Source: Micrococcus luteus NCTC 2665
GTDB lineage: Bacteria > Actinomycetota > Actinomycetes > Actinomycetales > Micrococcaceae
Direction of reading: 5' to 3'
DNA length: 32,000 nt
Assembly: GCF_000023205.1 (NCBI RefSeq)
Contig: NC_012803.1
Location: forward strand, 1,620,001-1,652,000
Shown here: positions 1 to 8,229 of the stretch, piece by piece
How the letters are laid out: each line of letters begins with the position of its first letter
How positions within the stretch are numbered: position 1 is the stretch's first letter
Translations under genes and position numbers: made by a program
The notes under the pieces: generated by a model
Database searches by the model: none
The model's input: only the letters and a program-made list of their open reading frames with translations
What the model was told of the DNA's origin: nothing

Positions 1-598
1 TGCGGTACCCGCTCGCGGTGGGCAGGGTCCCGGCGAGGACGGCCGCCGCCCACGGCTCGTCGACGACGACGCCGAGACGGGCCGCGCCGGTGGCCCTCCG
101 GAGGCGGGGCAGGGCGTCCTGCAGCCCCTCGAGATAGGACTCGGCGACGTCGCGGCGCGCGCCGTGGTCGCCGAGGACGCGCTCTCCCCCGGGCAGCCAG
201 AGGCCGGCGAGCAGGCTGAGCGGGCCGCGCACCCGCACGGCCAGACGTTCGACGACGGCGCCCTCGGCCCCCGCGGTGTCCGCCCAGCGGTGCGCGTCCT
301 CGCGCCAGAGGGAGACGGCGCGGCGTCGGTCGCGGCCGGAGCCGGCGGCCCCGGGCGGGCTGACCCGCCAGCCGTGCGGCTGCAGGTCGACGGCCAGCTC
401 CTGCAGGAGGGCGGCCGAGCGGCCGGTGGCGTCGGCGCCGGGTCCGCGATCGGGCAGCTCGGGAAGCACCGGCCAGTGGTCCGCGCCGAGCTCGCCGAGC
501 GTGACGCGCTGCGCCTCGGCGACGTCGGTGCCGCGCCACGGCGTGCCGCCGAGGGCGACGGTGCCGCTGGCGCCGTCGTCGTGGGCGGCCTCAGTCAT
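1..598 (-). CDS. Cobalamin-independent methionine synthase-like (MetE C-terminal / URO-D-like) family protein; the 3' end runs off the window
   Basis: Absent from the ORF track because there is no stop inside the window. Hand translation of the minus strand from the ATG at 596-598 gives MTEAAHDDGASGTVALGGTPWRGTDVAEAQRVTLGELGADHWPVLPELPDRGPGADATGRSAALLQELAVDLQPHGWRV... and stays open to position 1. The ATG overlaps the upstream stop (ATGACTGA). The family call rests on recollection of the conserved actinobacterial gene near mnmA/ligA. Confidence 0.45.
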   Translation of the reverse strand, partial: MTEAAHDDGASGTVALGGTPWRGTDVAEAQRVTLGELGADHWPVLPELPDRGPGADATGRSAALLQELAVDLQPHGWRVSPPGAAGSGRDRRRAVSLWREDAHRWADTAGAEGAVVERLAVRVRGPLSLLAGLWLPGGERVLGDHGARRDVAESYLEGLQDALPRLRRATGAARLGVVVDEPWAAAVLAGTLPTASGYR

Positions 599-980
599 CC
601 GCGTCCCCGGGGCACTCCCCCGGCTCCGCCTCGGCGTCCGGCCGGCCCTCGGCCGCCAGCGCGCGGTGGTGGCGGATGACCTCGGCGATGATGAAGTTCA
701 GGAACTTCTCGGCGAACGCGGGCTCGAGGTCCGCCTCGAGCGCGAGCCGGTGCAGCCGCGCGATCTGGGCGGCCTCACGCCCGGGGTCCGAGGGCGGCAG
801 GTCGTGCCGGGCCTTCAGCGCGCCGACCCGCTGCGTGAACTTGAACCGCTCGGCCAGCAGGTAGACGAGCGAGGCGTCGATGTTGTCGATGCTGCCGCGG
901 ATCGCGAAGAGCTCGTCGAGGACCGCCGGGTCCGCGGTGCCGGGCAGCGAGCTGGCGTGGGGGTCGTAGTCCGGGCTCAT
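591..980 (-). CDS. AroQ-class chorismate mutase
   Basis: 129-aa ORF. The pattern IRGSIDNIDASLVYLLAERFKFTQRVGALK...DPGREAAQIARL...FLNFIIAEVIRHH matches the helical AroQ chorismate mutase signature (compare the E. coli PheA N-terminal domain). It lies 9 nt downstream of mnmA. Confidence 0.8.
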   Translation of the reverse strand: MSPDYDPHASSLPGTADPAVLDELFAIRGSIDNIDASLVYLLAERFKFTQRVGALKARHDLPPSDPGREAAQIARLHRLALEADLEPAFAEKFLNFIIAEVIRHHRALAAEGRPDAEAEPGECPGDADD

Positions 981-989
981 GGCCGAAGC

Positions 990-2126
990 CTACGCATCCG
1001 CGGGGGCCGACAGCCGGGCATTGCGGGCGGTGTCGATGGTGGCCTGGCCGAGCACGCGGGTGCCCCGGTACAGGACGGCCGTCTGACCGGGGGCCACCCC
1101 GCGCAGGGGGCGCGCCGGCTCGATCTCCCACCCCGGATGCCCCGCCGCGTCGGCGCGCTGACGGGCGCGGGCCTCGACGATCTCGCCGTGGGCCCGGAAC
1201 TGCAGCGCGCAGTCGAACCAGGCGCCCGTGCGGGCTTCGGGCACCGGGGCGCCGGCCCACGACGGGCGGATGCCGGTGATGCGGTCGACGTCGAGCAGCT
1301 CGCGGCCGCCGACGACCACCTTGTTCTCCTTCGGCCGCACCTCGAGCACGAACCGGGGCTTGCCGTCGGGCGCGGGACGGCCGATGGCCAGGCCCTTGCG
1401 CTGGCCGACCGTGAACGCCTGGGCGCCCGCGTGGGTGCCGAGCTCCTGCCCCTCCGGGTCGACGATGGGGCCGGGGGCGAGGTCGATGCGCTCGGCGAGC
1501 CAGCCGCGGGTGTCGCCGTCGGGGATGAAGCAGATGTCGTGGGAGTCCGGCTTCGCCGCCACGGACAGGCCGCGCTCGGCCGCCTCGGCGCGCACGAGCT
1601 CCTTGGACGGCGTGTCCGCGAGCGGGAAGAGGCAGTGGGCGAGCTGATCCGCGGTGAGCACGCCGAGCACGTAGGACTGGTCCTTCGCATCGTCCGCAGC
1701 GCGGTGCAGCTCCAGCGAGCCGTCCGGACCGGGCCGCACGGCGGCGTAGTGGCCGGTGCAGACGGCGTCGAAGCCCAGCTCGAGGGCGCGCTCGAGCAGC
1801 GCCGCGAACTTGATGCGCTCGTTGCAGCGCATGCACGGGTTGGGCGTGCGGCCGGCCTCGTACTCGGCCACGAAGTCGTCCACGACGTCCTCCGCGAACC
1901 GCTCGGAGAAGTCCCACGTGTAGAAGGGGATGCCGAGCCGCTCGCACGCGCGCCACGCGTCCGAGGCGTCCTCGATGGTGCAGCAGCCACGCGAGCCGGT
2001 GCGCAGGGTGCCGGGCATGCGGGACAGGGCCAGGTGGACGCCGACGACGTCGTGCCCGGCGTCCACGGCACGCGCCGCGGCGACGGCGGAGTCGACTCCC
2101 CCGGACATGGCGGCCAGGACCTTCAC
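990..2126 (-). CDS. mnmA: tRNA 2-thiouridine(34) synthase MnmA
   Basis: 378 aa. PP-loop motif [12 protein letters not shown], then [10 protein letters not shown] and [15 protein letters not shown] catalytic-cysteine motifs. GTG start is preceded by GAGAGGAG. Confidence 0.95.
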   Translation of the reverse strand: MKVLAAMSGGVDSAVAAARAVDAGHDVVGVHLALSRMPGTLRTGSRGCCTIEDASDAWRACERLGIPFYTWDFSERFAEDVVDDFVAEYEAGRTPNPCMRCNERIKFAALLERALELGFDAVCTGHYAAVRPGPDGSLELHRAADDAKDQSYVLGVLTADQLAHCLFPLADTPSKELVRAEAAERGLSVAAKPDSHDICFIPDGDTRGWLAERIDLAPGPIVDPEGQELGTHAGAQAFTVGQRKGLAIGRPAPDGKPRFVLEVRPKENKVVVGGRELLDVDRITGIRPSWAGAPVPEARTGAWFDCALQFRAHGEIVEARARQRADAAGHPGWEIEPARPLRGVAPGQTAVLYRGTRVLGQATIDTARNARLSAPADA

Positions 2127-2165
2127 GGGCGGACTCCTCTCTCGACGACGGACGGGCGCTCCAGT

Positions 2166-3368
2166 CTAGACGCCCGGCCCCAGCAGCGTCCGCAGCGCGT
2201 CCATGAGCGCGGCCGTCTCGGCCGGCGTCGTCGTCCGGCCGAGGGTGAACCGCTGGGTGGCCCGTGCGTCGGCCTCCGTCCGCCCCGGCAGGGCCGCGAC
2301 CACGTGCGACGGCTGCGCCACCCCGGCGGTGCACGCCGACCCGGACGAGGTGTCCAGCCCGGCCATGTCGAAGGAGAACAGCAGCGCGTCCGCCGTCCGG
2401 CCCGGCACGGTGATGTGGACGTTGCCGGGCAGTCGGCGCGTCCCCGGCGGCAGCGGCTCCCCCGTCGCCGGGTCGAGGTCCCGCGGCCCGGTCAGGCGCA
2501 CCCCGTCCAGGGCGTCGACGGCGGCGATCACCTCGTCCCGCAGCCCGCCCAGGCGGGCGGCCTCGGCGGGCTGCTCCGCGACGGCCTCCGCCACGGCGGC
2601 CGCCAGCGCGGCGGCCAGGGCCACCGACACCGTGCCCGAGCGCAGGCGGCGTTCCTGGCCGCCGCCGTGCACCACGGCCTCCAGCGTGACGTCCCGGCGC
2701 ACGAGCAGAGCACCGACACCCACGGGGGCGCCGACCTTGTGCCCCGAGACGGCCAGGGTCGCGGCCCCGGACGCGGCGAAGTCCACGGGCACCGCCCCGA
2801 GAGCCTGGACGGCGTCGGTGTGCAACGGGACCCCGTGCTCGGCCGCGAGCCGGGCGGCCTCGGCCACGGGCTGGACCGTGCCGATCTCGTTGTTGGCCCA
2901 CATCAGCGTGGCCAGGGCGGTCCGCTCGGGCGCGGCCGCCAGCGCGGCCCCCCATGCGGCGAGGTCGACCCACCCGTCGTCGTCGACCGGGACGAGCACC
3001 GGCTCGGCGCCCTCGTGCGCGGCGAGCCAGTCCACCACGTCGAGGACCGCGTGGTGCTCGATGCCGGTCAGCACGATCCGGGTGCGCTCCGGCGCCACGG
3101 CGCGGCGGGCTCGGTACAGCCCCTGGACGGCGAGGTTGTCCGCCTCGGTGCCCCCGGACGTGAGGATCACCTCGGAGGGGTGTGCCCCGAGCGCCGCGGC
3201 GATGCGCTCCCGCGCCTCCTCGAGGCGCAGCTTGGCCCGGCGGCCGGAGGCGTGGAGGGAGGCCGGGTTGCCCGGCAGCGCGGCCGCCTCGGCCAGGGCC
3301 GCGAGCGCGGTGGGGCGCACCGTCGTGGTGGCGGCGTGGTCCAGGTGCACGCGGTCCGGGGTGGTCAC
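2166..3368 (-). CDS. iscS: Cysteine desulfurase (IscS/NifS class V aminotransferase)
   Basis: 400 aa. N-terminal LDHAATT; PLP-lysine motif SGHKVGAPVGVGALL; active-site loop SSGSACTAG. Sits upstream of mnmA, the classic pairing. The GTG start at 3366-3368 has no obvious SD, so the exact start is uncertain. Confidence 0.9.
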   Translation of the reverse strand: MTTPDRVHLDHAATTTVRPTALAALAEAAALPGNPASLHASGRRAKLRLEEARERIAAALGAHPSEVILTSGGTEADNLAVQGLYRARRAVAPERTRIVLTGIEHHAVLDVVDWLAAHEGAEPVLVPVDDDGWVDLAAWGAALAAAPERTALATLMWANNEIGTVQPVAEAARLAAEHGVPLHTDAVQALGAVPVDFAASGAATLAVSGHKVGAPVGVGALLVRRDVTLEAVVHGGGQERRLRSGTVSVALAAALAAAVAEAVAEQPAEAARLGGLRDEVIAAVDALDGVRLTGPRDLDPATGEPLPPGTRRLPGNVHITVPGRTADALLFSFDMAGLDTSSGSACTAGVAQPSHVVAALPGRTEADARATQRFTLGRTTTPAETAALMDALRTLLGPGV

Positions 3369-3374
3369 CCGGCC

Positions 3375-3380
3375 AGTCTA
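3375..3380 (-). promoter_or_regulatory. Candidate -10 hexamer TAGACT for a leaderless iscS transcript
   Basis: The minus strand reads CTAGACT-GGCCGG-GTG: a TANNNT hexamer, a 6-nt spacer, then the GTG start. The hexamer overlaps the CTAG at the IS boundary. Confidence 0.3.
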
Positions 3381-3390
3381 GGGCGTGTTG

Positions 3391-3915
3391 CTAAAGTAGG
3401 GTAGTCAGCCAGTGCAGTGTCGCTGCGAGGCTGAGCCCGGCGTGATAGTTCCGGGCGTACTTGTCCGAACGCATCGCGATCCCTCGCCACTGTTTGAGCC
3501 GGTTGAAGCACCGCTCCACGACATTGCGTCCCCGGTAGCGCTGGCGCTGGTCTTCACCGAAGTCGATCGGTCTTCCTGGGCGGCGGCGCCGGTGCGCGAT
3601 CTGATCGGCCCGCTCGGGGATCGTGGCCGCGATGCCATGCCGGCGCAGCCAAGCCCGGTTCGCCTTCGAGGGGTAGCCCTTGTCCGCAATCAGGCGGTCA
3701 GGCCGTATCCGGGGCCGCCCACGGGCCCCGGCAACGCTGATCTGCTCCATCGTGGTGGCCAGCATCGAGGTGTCCGCGACCTGGCCGCCGGTCACCACGA
3801 ACGCCAGCACCCTGCCCTTGCCATCACAGACCAGATGAGACTTCGTCGTCAGACCGCCGCGGGAGCGTCCGATGGCATGATCAGCCGGCTCGTCCCCGGA
3901 TTTCTTGTAGTTCAT
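3391..3915 (-). CDS. IS5-family transposase OrfB (DDE catalytic part)
   Basis: 174 aa: HAIGRSRGGLTTKSHLVCDGKGRVLAFVVTGGQVADTS...LIADKGYPS...RNVVERCFNRLKQWRGIAMRSDK. These are hallmark DDE_Tnp_1-type motifs. It overlaps OrfA by 35 nt, and its stop codon (3391-3393) lies inside the terminal IR. Confidence 0.9.
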   Translation of the reverse strand: MNYKKSGDEPADHAIGRSRGGLTTKSHLVCDGKGRVLAFVVTGGQVADTSMLATTMEQISVAGARGRPRIRPDRLIADKGYPSKANRAWLRRHGIAATIPERADQIAHRRRRPGRPIDFGEDQRQRYRGRNVVERCFNRLKQWRGIAMRSDKYARNYHAGLSLAATLHWLTTLL

Positions 3916-4315
3916 CCAGGCCCCCTGTGGGGCGGGGCAGGGTCGCCCCGTGCTGGTGGACGCGCACGATCGTGGAATCGATCGAGGCCACCCAGTCCAG
4001 CTCGCCAGCCTGCTGTGCCATGGACTGGGTCTTCTCCAGCACCCGCTCCCACACGCCCTGGGCGGCCCACCGGTTGAAGTTCTTGTAGATCGTGTTCCAG
4101 TTCCCGAACCGCTCGGGCAGATCCCGCCACGGCGCCCCGGTGCGGAAGCGCCACGCGGTGGCCTCGACCACCGCGCGCCGATCCACGGGCGGACGCCCGG
4201 TGGTCTTGGCTTCGGGGAACAGTGGGCCGATCACGGCCCAGACCTCGTCCGAGATGACATCACGCGACATGACCCCAGACTCGCGCATCCACGTCCCCGA
4301 ACCCTTTAGCAACAC
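3881..4315 (-). CDS. IS5-family transposase OrfA (DUF4096-like N-terminal DNA-binding part)
   Basis: 144 aa: MSRDVISDEVWAVIGPLFPE...GRPPVDRRAVVEATAWRFRTGAPWRDLPERFGNWNTIYKNFNRWAAQGVWERV...IDSTIVRVHQH. This is typical of IS5/IS427-type transposase N-termini and includes the first catalytic Asp region. Confidence 0.9.
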   Translation of the reverse strand: MLLKGSGTWMRESGVMSRDVISDEVWAVIGPLFPEAKTTGRPPVDRRAVVEATAWRFRTGAPWRDLPERFGNWNTIYKNFNRWAAQGVWERVLEKTQSMAQQAGELDWVASIDSTIVRVHQHGATLPRPTGGLDELQEIRGRAG

Positions 4316-4345
4316 GCCCTAGGAGCCGCGCCGGATGTGCCCGGA

Positions 4346-5035
4346 TCAGTCCCGGGCGAGGAACCGCTCGACGTCGCGGGTCGGGCCCACCAGGAGGATC
4401 GTGTCCTCGGGCTCGAGCACGTAGTGACTCGGCGGGTAGAGCCACGTGCCGCGGCTGCGGACCGCGACCACGCGCATGCCCCGCTCCCCCGCGAGCCCGG
4501 TGGCTCGCAGGTCCCTGCCCAGCAGGCGCGACGGCGGCGTGGCCCGGACCATGGCCAGGCCCGGCTCGACCTCGACGAAGTCCTGGAAGGACGTGCTGAC
4601 CAGGTGCGCCACGCGGCGGCCCATGTCCCGCTCCGGGTGGACCACGTGCTCCACGCCGAGCTGACGCAGGATCTCGCCGTGGCGGTCGTCATTGGCCTTG
4701 GCCCAGAGCTGGTGCGTCCCGAACCGCCGCATCAGCGAGACGGTGAGGATCGAGTCGGCGAGGTCGCCGCCGATGGCGACGACGACGTGGTCCATCTCGT
4801 GGACCGAGAGCTGGCGCATCGCCTCCTCGTCCGTGCTGTCCGCGCGGACGACGTGGGTCAGCCGGCCGTTGAGCGCCTGGACGGCCTCGGCATCGGCGTC
4901 GACCCCCAGCACGTGGCAGTCGGACTCCATGAGCTCGAGGGCGACCCCGGAGCCGAACCGGCCGAGCCCGAGGACGGCCACGGTGGGGCGGTCGCCCCGG
5001 CGGGGGGCGAACAGGGAACGGGTGAGATCAGCCAA
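4346..5035 (-). CDS. trkA: TrkA/KtrA-type potassium uptake regulatory subunit (RCK N and C domains)
   Basis: 229 aa. Rossmann motif VAVLGLGRFGSGVALEL, then an RCK_C-like C-terminus (LRATGLAGERGMRVVAVRSRG...ILLVGP). TTG start overlaps the trkH stop by 8 nt. Confidence 0.9.
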   Translation of the reverse strand: MADLTRSLFAPRRGDRPTVAVLGLGRFGSGVALELMESDCHVLGVDADAEAVQALNGRLTHVVRADSTDEEAMRQLSVHEMDHVVVAIGGDLADSILTVSLMRRFGTHQLWAKANDDRHGEILRQLGVEHVVHPERDMGRRVAHLVSTSFQDFVEVEPGLAMVRATPPSRLLGRDLRATGLAGERGMRVVAVRSRGTWLYPPSHYVLEPEDTILLVGPTRDVERFLARD

Positions 5036-6386
5036 TGAGGGGCCTCTCCTTCGGGTACTCGAAGTGGCGGGTGCGGTCGGTCAGGGCCAGGCTGCCGGCG
5101 ACGGTGGCGGGGCCGATGCGGCCGACGAACATGAGGAGCATCAGGATGCCCTGCGCGGCCGGCGGCAGCTGGGCGGTGATGCCGGTGGACAGGCCCACCG
5201 TGCCGAACGCGGACACGCACTCGAACAGGATCTGGTCGGTCGTGAACGAGGACAGGCCCATGAGCGCCATCGTGGCGACGGCGATCGCGGTCGCGGAGAG
5301 CATGATCACGGTGATCGCCTCGCGGTGCGTGGTCCGGGAGAGCCGGCGGCCGAACGCATGGACGGCGCCCTCCCCCCGGATCTCCGCGAGCACGATGAAC
5401 AACAGGACGCTCGCCGTCGTGATCTTCACGCCCGAGGCGGTGCCGGCGGGGCCGCCGCCGATGAACATGAGCACGTCGGTGCCGAAGAGCGTCACGGGGT
5501 GCATCTGCCCGTAGTCCAGGGTGTTGAAGCCGGCGGTGCGGGTCGTGACGGACTGGAAGAACGCCGCGAGCACGCGCGAGGCCGGGTCCAGACCGCCCAG
5601 GGTCCGCGGGTTGGACCACTCGAGGACGAGGTACATGAGCGTGCCGCCCACCAGCAGCACCGCGGTGCCCACGAGCACGAGCCGGACCGTGAGGTTCCAC
5701 CGCTCGGGTCGACGCAGGTCCCGCCGCAGGGTCAGCACGACCGGCAGGCCCAGGCCGCCCAAGATGATCGCCGCCGCGATCGGCAGGCAGATGAACGGGT
5801 CCGAGACGAAGCCCATGAGGTTGTCGCTGAACAGCGCGAACCCGGCGTTGTTGAATGCGGAGACCGCGTGGAAGACCCCCTGCCACAGTGCCTGGCCCGG
5901 GGACATCCCCGCGCCCAGCCAGAAGCGCAGGCTCAGCAGCAGCGCCACCGAGGCCTCGACGGCCGTGGAGTACAGGATCAGGGCCCGCAGCACCCGGGGC
6001 AGGTCCCCGATCCCCTCGGCCCGGGTGGAGGCCGCGGCGTCGAGGCGCTGGGTGAGGCCGAGCCGCCGGAGGATCACCAGCCCCAGCAGCGACGTGAACG
6101 TCATGACGCCCAGGCCACCGAGCTTGATGAGCGCGAGGATCACGACCTGGCCCAGGGGTGTCCAGAACGTCTGGGTGTCCACGACGCCGAGTCCCGTCAC
6201 CGTGGTGGCGCTGGTCGCCGTGAACGCGGCCTCCAGCGGGGTGGGCGCGCGGCCCTGATACGAGGCGGGCAGCAGCAGTGCGCCGGTGCCCGTCACGATG
6301 ACGACGAGGAAGGACCCGACCACGAGCTGGGTCGGACGGATACGGGGCCGACGCGGGCAGACCCGCGGCGACGAGGTGGATGCCAC
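5028..6386 (-). CDS. trkH: TrkH/KtrB-family potassium transporter membrane subunit
   Basis: 452 aa and polytopic. Repeated pore-loop-like motifs: TATSATTVTGL, VSAFNNAGF, QSVTTRTAGFNT, VSAFGTVGLSTG. Confidence 0.9.
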   Translation of the reverse strand: MASTSSPRVCPRRPRIRPTQLVVGSFLVVIVTGTGALLLPASYQGRAPTPLEAAFTATSATTVTGLGVVDTQTFWTPLGQVVILALIKLGGLGVMTFTSLLGLVILRRLGLTQRLDAAASTRAEGIGDLPRVLRALILYSTAVEASVALLLSLRFWLGAGMSPGQALWQGVFHAVSAFNNAGFALFSDNLMGFVSDPFICLPIAAAIILGGLGLPVVLTLRRDLRRPERWNLTVRLVLVGTAVLLVGGTLMYLVLEWSNPRTLGGLDPASRVLAAFFQSVTTRTAGFNTLDYGQMHPVTLFGTDVLMFIGGGPAGTASGVKITTASVLLFIVLAEIRGEGAVHAFGRRLSRTTHREAITVIMLSATAIAVATMALMGLSSFTTDQILFECVSAFGTVGLSTGITAQLPPAAQGILMLLMFVGRIGPATVAGSLALTDRTRHFEYPKERPLIG

Positions 6387-6451
6387 GGGAGGGAAACATA
6401 GTCCTCCCGGGGCGCACTGTCACCGTGCGGCGCCGATGGTTGAATGGCCGG

Positions 6452-7441
6452 GTGCCGACCCCCTCCGTCCCCCTCGTCCACCCGGTGCACCGGTTCGCCC
6501 ACCAGGAGATCGACTTCCGCCGCCGGATCGTCACGATGGCCGTGGTCAACCGCACCCCGGACTCCTTCTACGACGACGGCGCCGGCGCCGTCCTGGAGGA
6601 CGCCCTCGCCCAGGCCCACGCCGCGGCGGACGCCGGAGCCGAGTGGGTCGACGTCGGCGGCGTGCCGTTCGCGCCCGGGGCGGAGCTCGACCCCGCCGAG
6701 GAGGCGGCGCGGGTGGTCCCCCTGATCGCGGCCCTGCGGAGCGGGGACGGAGCCGGGTCGTCCGAGGCGTCGCGCCGGCTGATCCTCTCGGCGGACACGT
6801 TCCAGCCGGCCGTGGCCGAGGCGGCCCTGGCCGCGGGGGCGGACGTCGTCAACGACACCACGGGACTGTTCCACGCGGACCTGGGCCGGGTGGTGGCCGC
6901 CGCGGGCGCGCACCTCGTGGTCACCCACTCCCTCGCCCACGTGCGCGGACCCCGGGCCGTGGTCCCCCGGCCGACGTACGGCGACGTCGTCACGGAGGTC
7001 CGCGACCACCTGCGGCGCACCGTCGACCGTGCTGTGGCGCTCGGCGTCCCCGAGGAGAGGATCATCGTGGACCCCGGCCACGATCTGAACAAGAACACCC
7101 GGCACACCCTCGAGATCACGCGGCGGCTGGACGAGATCGCCGCCCTGGGGCTGCCCGTGCTGGCCGCGGTCTCGAACAAGGACTTCATCGGCGAGAGCCT
7201 GGACAAGCACCGGCACGAGCGGCTGCCCGGCTCGCTGGCCGCGGCCGCGGCCTGCGTGTACGGCGGCGCCCGGATCCTGCGCATGCACGACGCCGACGCC
7301 TCCGTCTCGGCGGCCCGCATGCTCGAGTGCGTGTTCGGGTGGCGTGAGCCGGCGCGCCTGGTCCACAACATGGGTGCGGAGAACCCGCCGCCGGACCGCA
7401 GCACCCTCGCCGAACACCGGGTCCATGGGGGCTGGGCGTGA
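6452..7441 (+). CDS. folP: Dihydropteroate synthase family protein, FolP2-like paralog type
   Basis: IVTMAVVNRTPDSFYDDGAG...WVDVGGV...SADTFQP...VNDTTG...DPGHDLNKNT...AVSNKDFIGE...RMHD are pterin-binding DHPS-fold motifs. The N-terminal motif resembles, from memory, the mycobacterial Rv1207/FolP2 type. The track ORF starts at ATG 6380, which overlaps the trkH start. The in-frame GTG at 6452 is preferred but not proven. Confidence 0.8.
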   Translation: MPTPSVPLVHPVHRFAHQEIDFRRRIVTMAVVNRTPDSFYDDGAGAVLEDALAQAHAAADAGAEWVDVGGVPFAPGAELDPAEEAARVVPLIAALRSGDGAGSSEASRRLILSADTFQPAVAEAALAAGADVVNDTTGLFHADLGRVVAAAGAHLVVTHSLAHVRGPRAVVPRPTYGDVVTEVRDHLRRTVDRAVALGVPEERIIVDPGHDLNKNTRHTLEITRRLDEIAALGLPVLAAVSNKDFIGESLDKHRHERLPGSLAAAAACVYGGARILRMHDADASVSAARMLECVFGWREPARLVHNMGAENPPPDRSTLAEHRVHGGWA

Positions 7442-8229
7442 GGCGCCTGGCCGAGACCGGCCCCGGCCTGGACGACGACGCCCTCCGCGCCGCCCTCGCG
7501 GCCCCGACGGTCGAGGACACCGGCCCCGGAGCCTGGGTCCGCGTCGTGTTCATCGCCTCCGCCGACGGCGCGGCCACCCTGGACGGCCGTGCCGGCGGGC
7601 TCGGCTCCCCCGCCGATCAGCGGCTGCTCTCGCTGTCCCGGCACGACGCCGACGTCGTGCTCGTGGGGGCCGGGACCATCCGGGCCGAGGGCTACGAGGG
7701 TGCGCTGCTGTCCGAGGAGGACCGGCGTCGACGCGCGGACGCCGGCGGGCCCGCGGACCCGCCCGTGGCCGTGGTCAGCGGCAGCCTGGACCTGGACCCG
7801 GAGTCCGCGTTCTTCACGGCCGCCCCGGTGCGCCCCTGGATCCTCACGTCCCGGGCCGCCCTCGCGGGCGAGCCGGAGCGGGCGACGGCCCTGGCCGCGC
7901 GCGCCGAGGTGCTGGCGGTCGGCGAGGAGCACGTGGATCCCCAGACCGTGGTGGCGACCCTGCACGCGCGCGGCGCCCGCGTCGTCCACTGCGAGGGCGG
8001 ACCGCGCCTGTTCGGCAGCCTCGCGGCGGCCGGCCTCGTGGACGAGGTGCACCTCACCGTGGCGCCGCTGCTGGCCGGACCCGCCGCCGGCCGCGTCCTG
8101 ACCGGGGAGGACGGCCCCGGCCTCCCCGCCCGGCTGCAGCTGGTCCAGGTGCTCCACGACGACGGCATGCTGTTCCTGCGCCTGCACCACGAGCGGCACG
8201 CCTCCCCCGGCCCGGACCCCACGCCGTGA
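7438..8229 (+). CDS. RibD C-terminal domain / pyrimidine reductase family protein (Rv2671-like, DHFR-fold)
   Basis: 263 aa. WVRVVFIASADGAATLDGRAGGLGSPADQRLLSLSRHDADVVLVGAGTIRAEGY and ...HCEGGPRLFGSL...VDEVHLTVAPLLAG are typical of the RibD_C family. GTG start overlaps the folP stop (GTGA). Confidence 0.8.
   Translation: MRRLAETGPGLDDDALRAALAAPTVEDTGPGAWVRVVFIASADGAATLDGRAGGLGSPADQRLLSLSRHDADVVLVGAGTIRAEGYEGALLSEEDRRRRADAGGPADPPVAVVSGSLDLDPESAFFTAAPVRPWILTSRAALAGEPERATALAARAEVLAVGEEHVDPQTVVATLHARGARVVHCEGGPRLFGSLAAAGLVDEVHLTVAPLLAGPAAGRVLTGEDGPGLPARLQLVQVLHDDGMLFLRLHHERHASPGPDPTP

Larger units (their letters stand above)
3378..4322 (-). mobile_element. IS5-family (IS427-group-like) insertion sequence, copy 1; 945 bp including flanking CTAG
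   Basis: Perfect 19-nt terminal inverted repeats CTAGGGCGTGTTGCTAAAG (3378-3396) and CTTTAGCAACACGCCCTAG (4304-4322). Two overlapping transposase ORFs. The same sequence recurs at 13408 and 22754. Confidence 0.95.

Noticed and set aside
276-3404. Very long ORFs antisense or out of frame to the called genes: 276..3404 (+), 775..2973 (-), 6568..8628 (-), 14336..16639 (-), 19461..22757 (+), 23714..26566 (+), 24876..27173 (-), 27995..31201 (+) and many shorter ones.
   Set aside because: Their translations are Arg/Gly/Pro/Ala-rich with no recognisable motifs. Each overlaps a gene whose product carries clear family signatures. Long stop-free shadow frames are expected at this GC content.
3412-4322. 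Plus-strand ORFs inside each IS copy (221 aa, 119 aa, 76 aa, and equivalents in copies 2 and 3).
   Set aside because: They are antisense to the transposase ORFs, low-complexity and without motifs. They recur only because the IS recurs.
6387-6451. A riboswitch (for example c-di-AMP/ydaO-type) upstream of the trkH-trkA potassium uptake operon.
   Set aside because: The divergent spacer is only about 65 nt, too short for that element. It contains only one small GGGAGG/CCTCCC hairpin.
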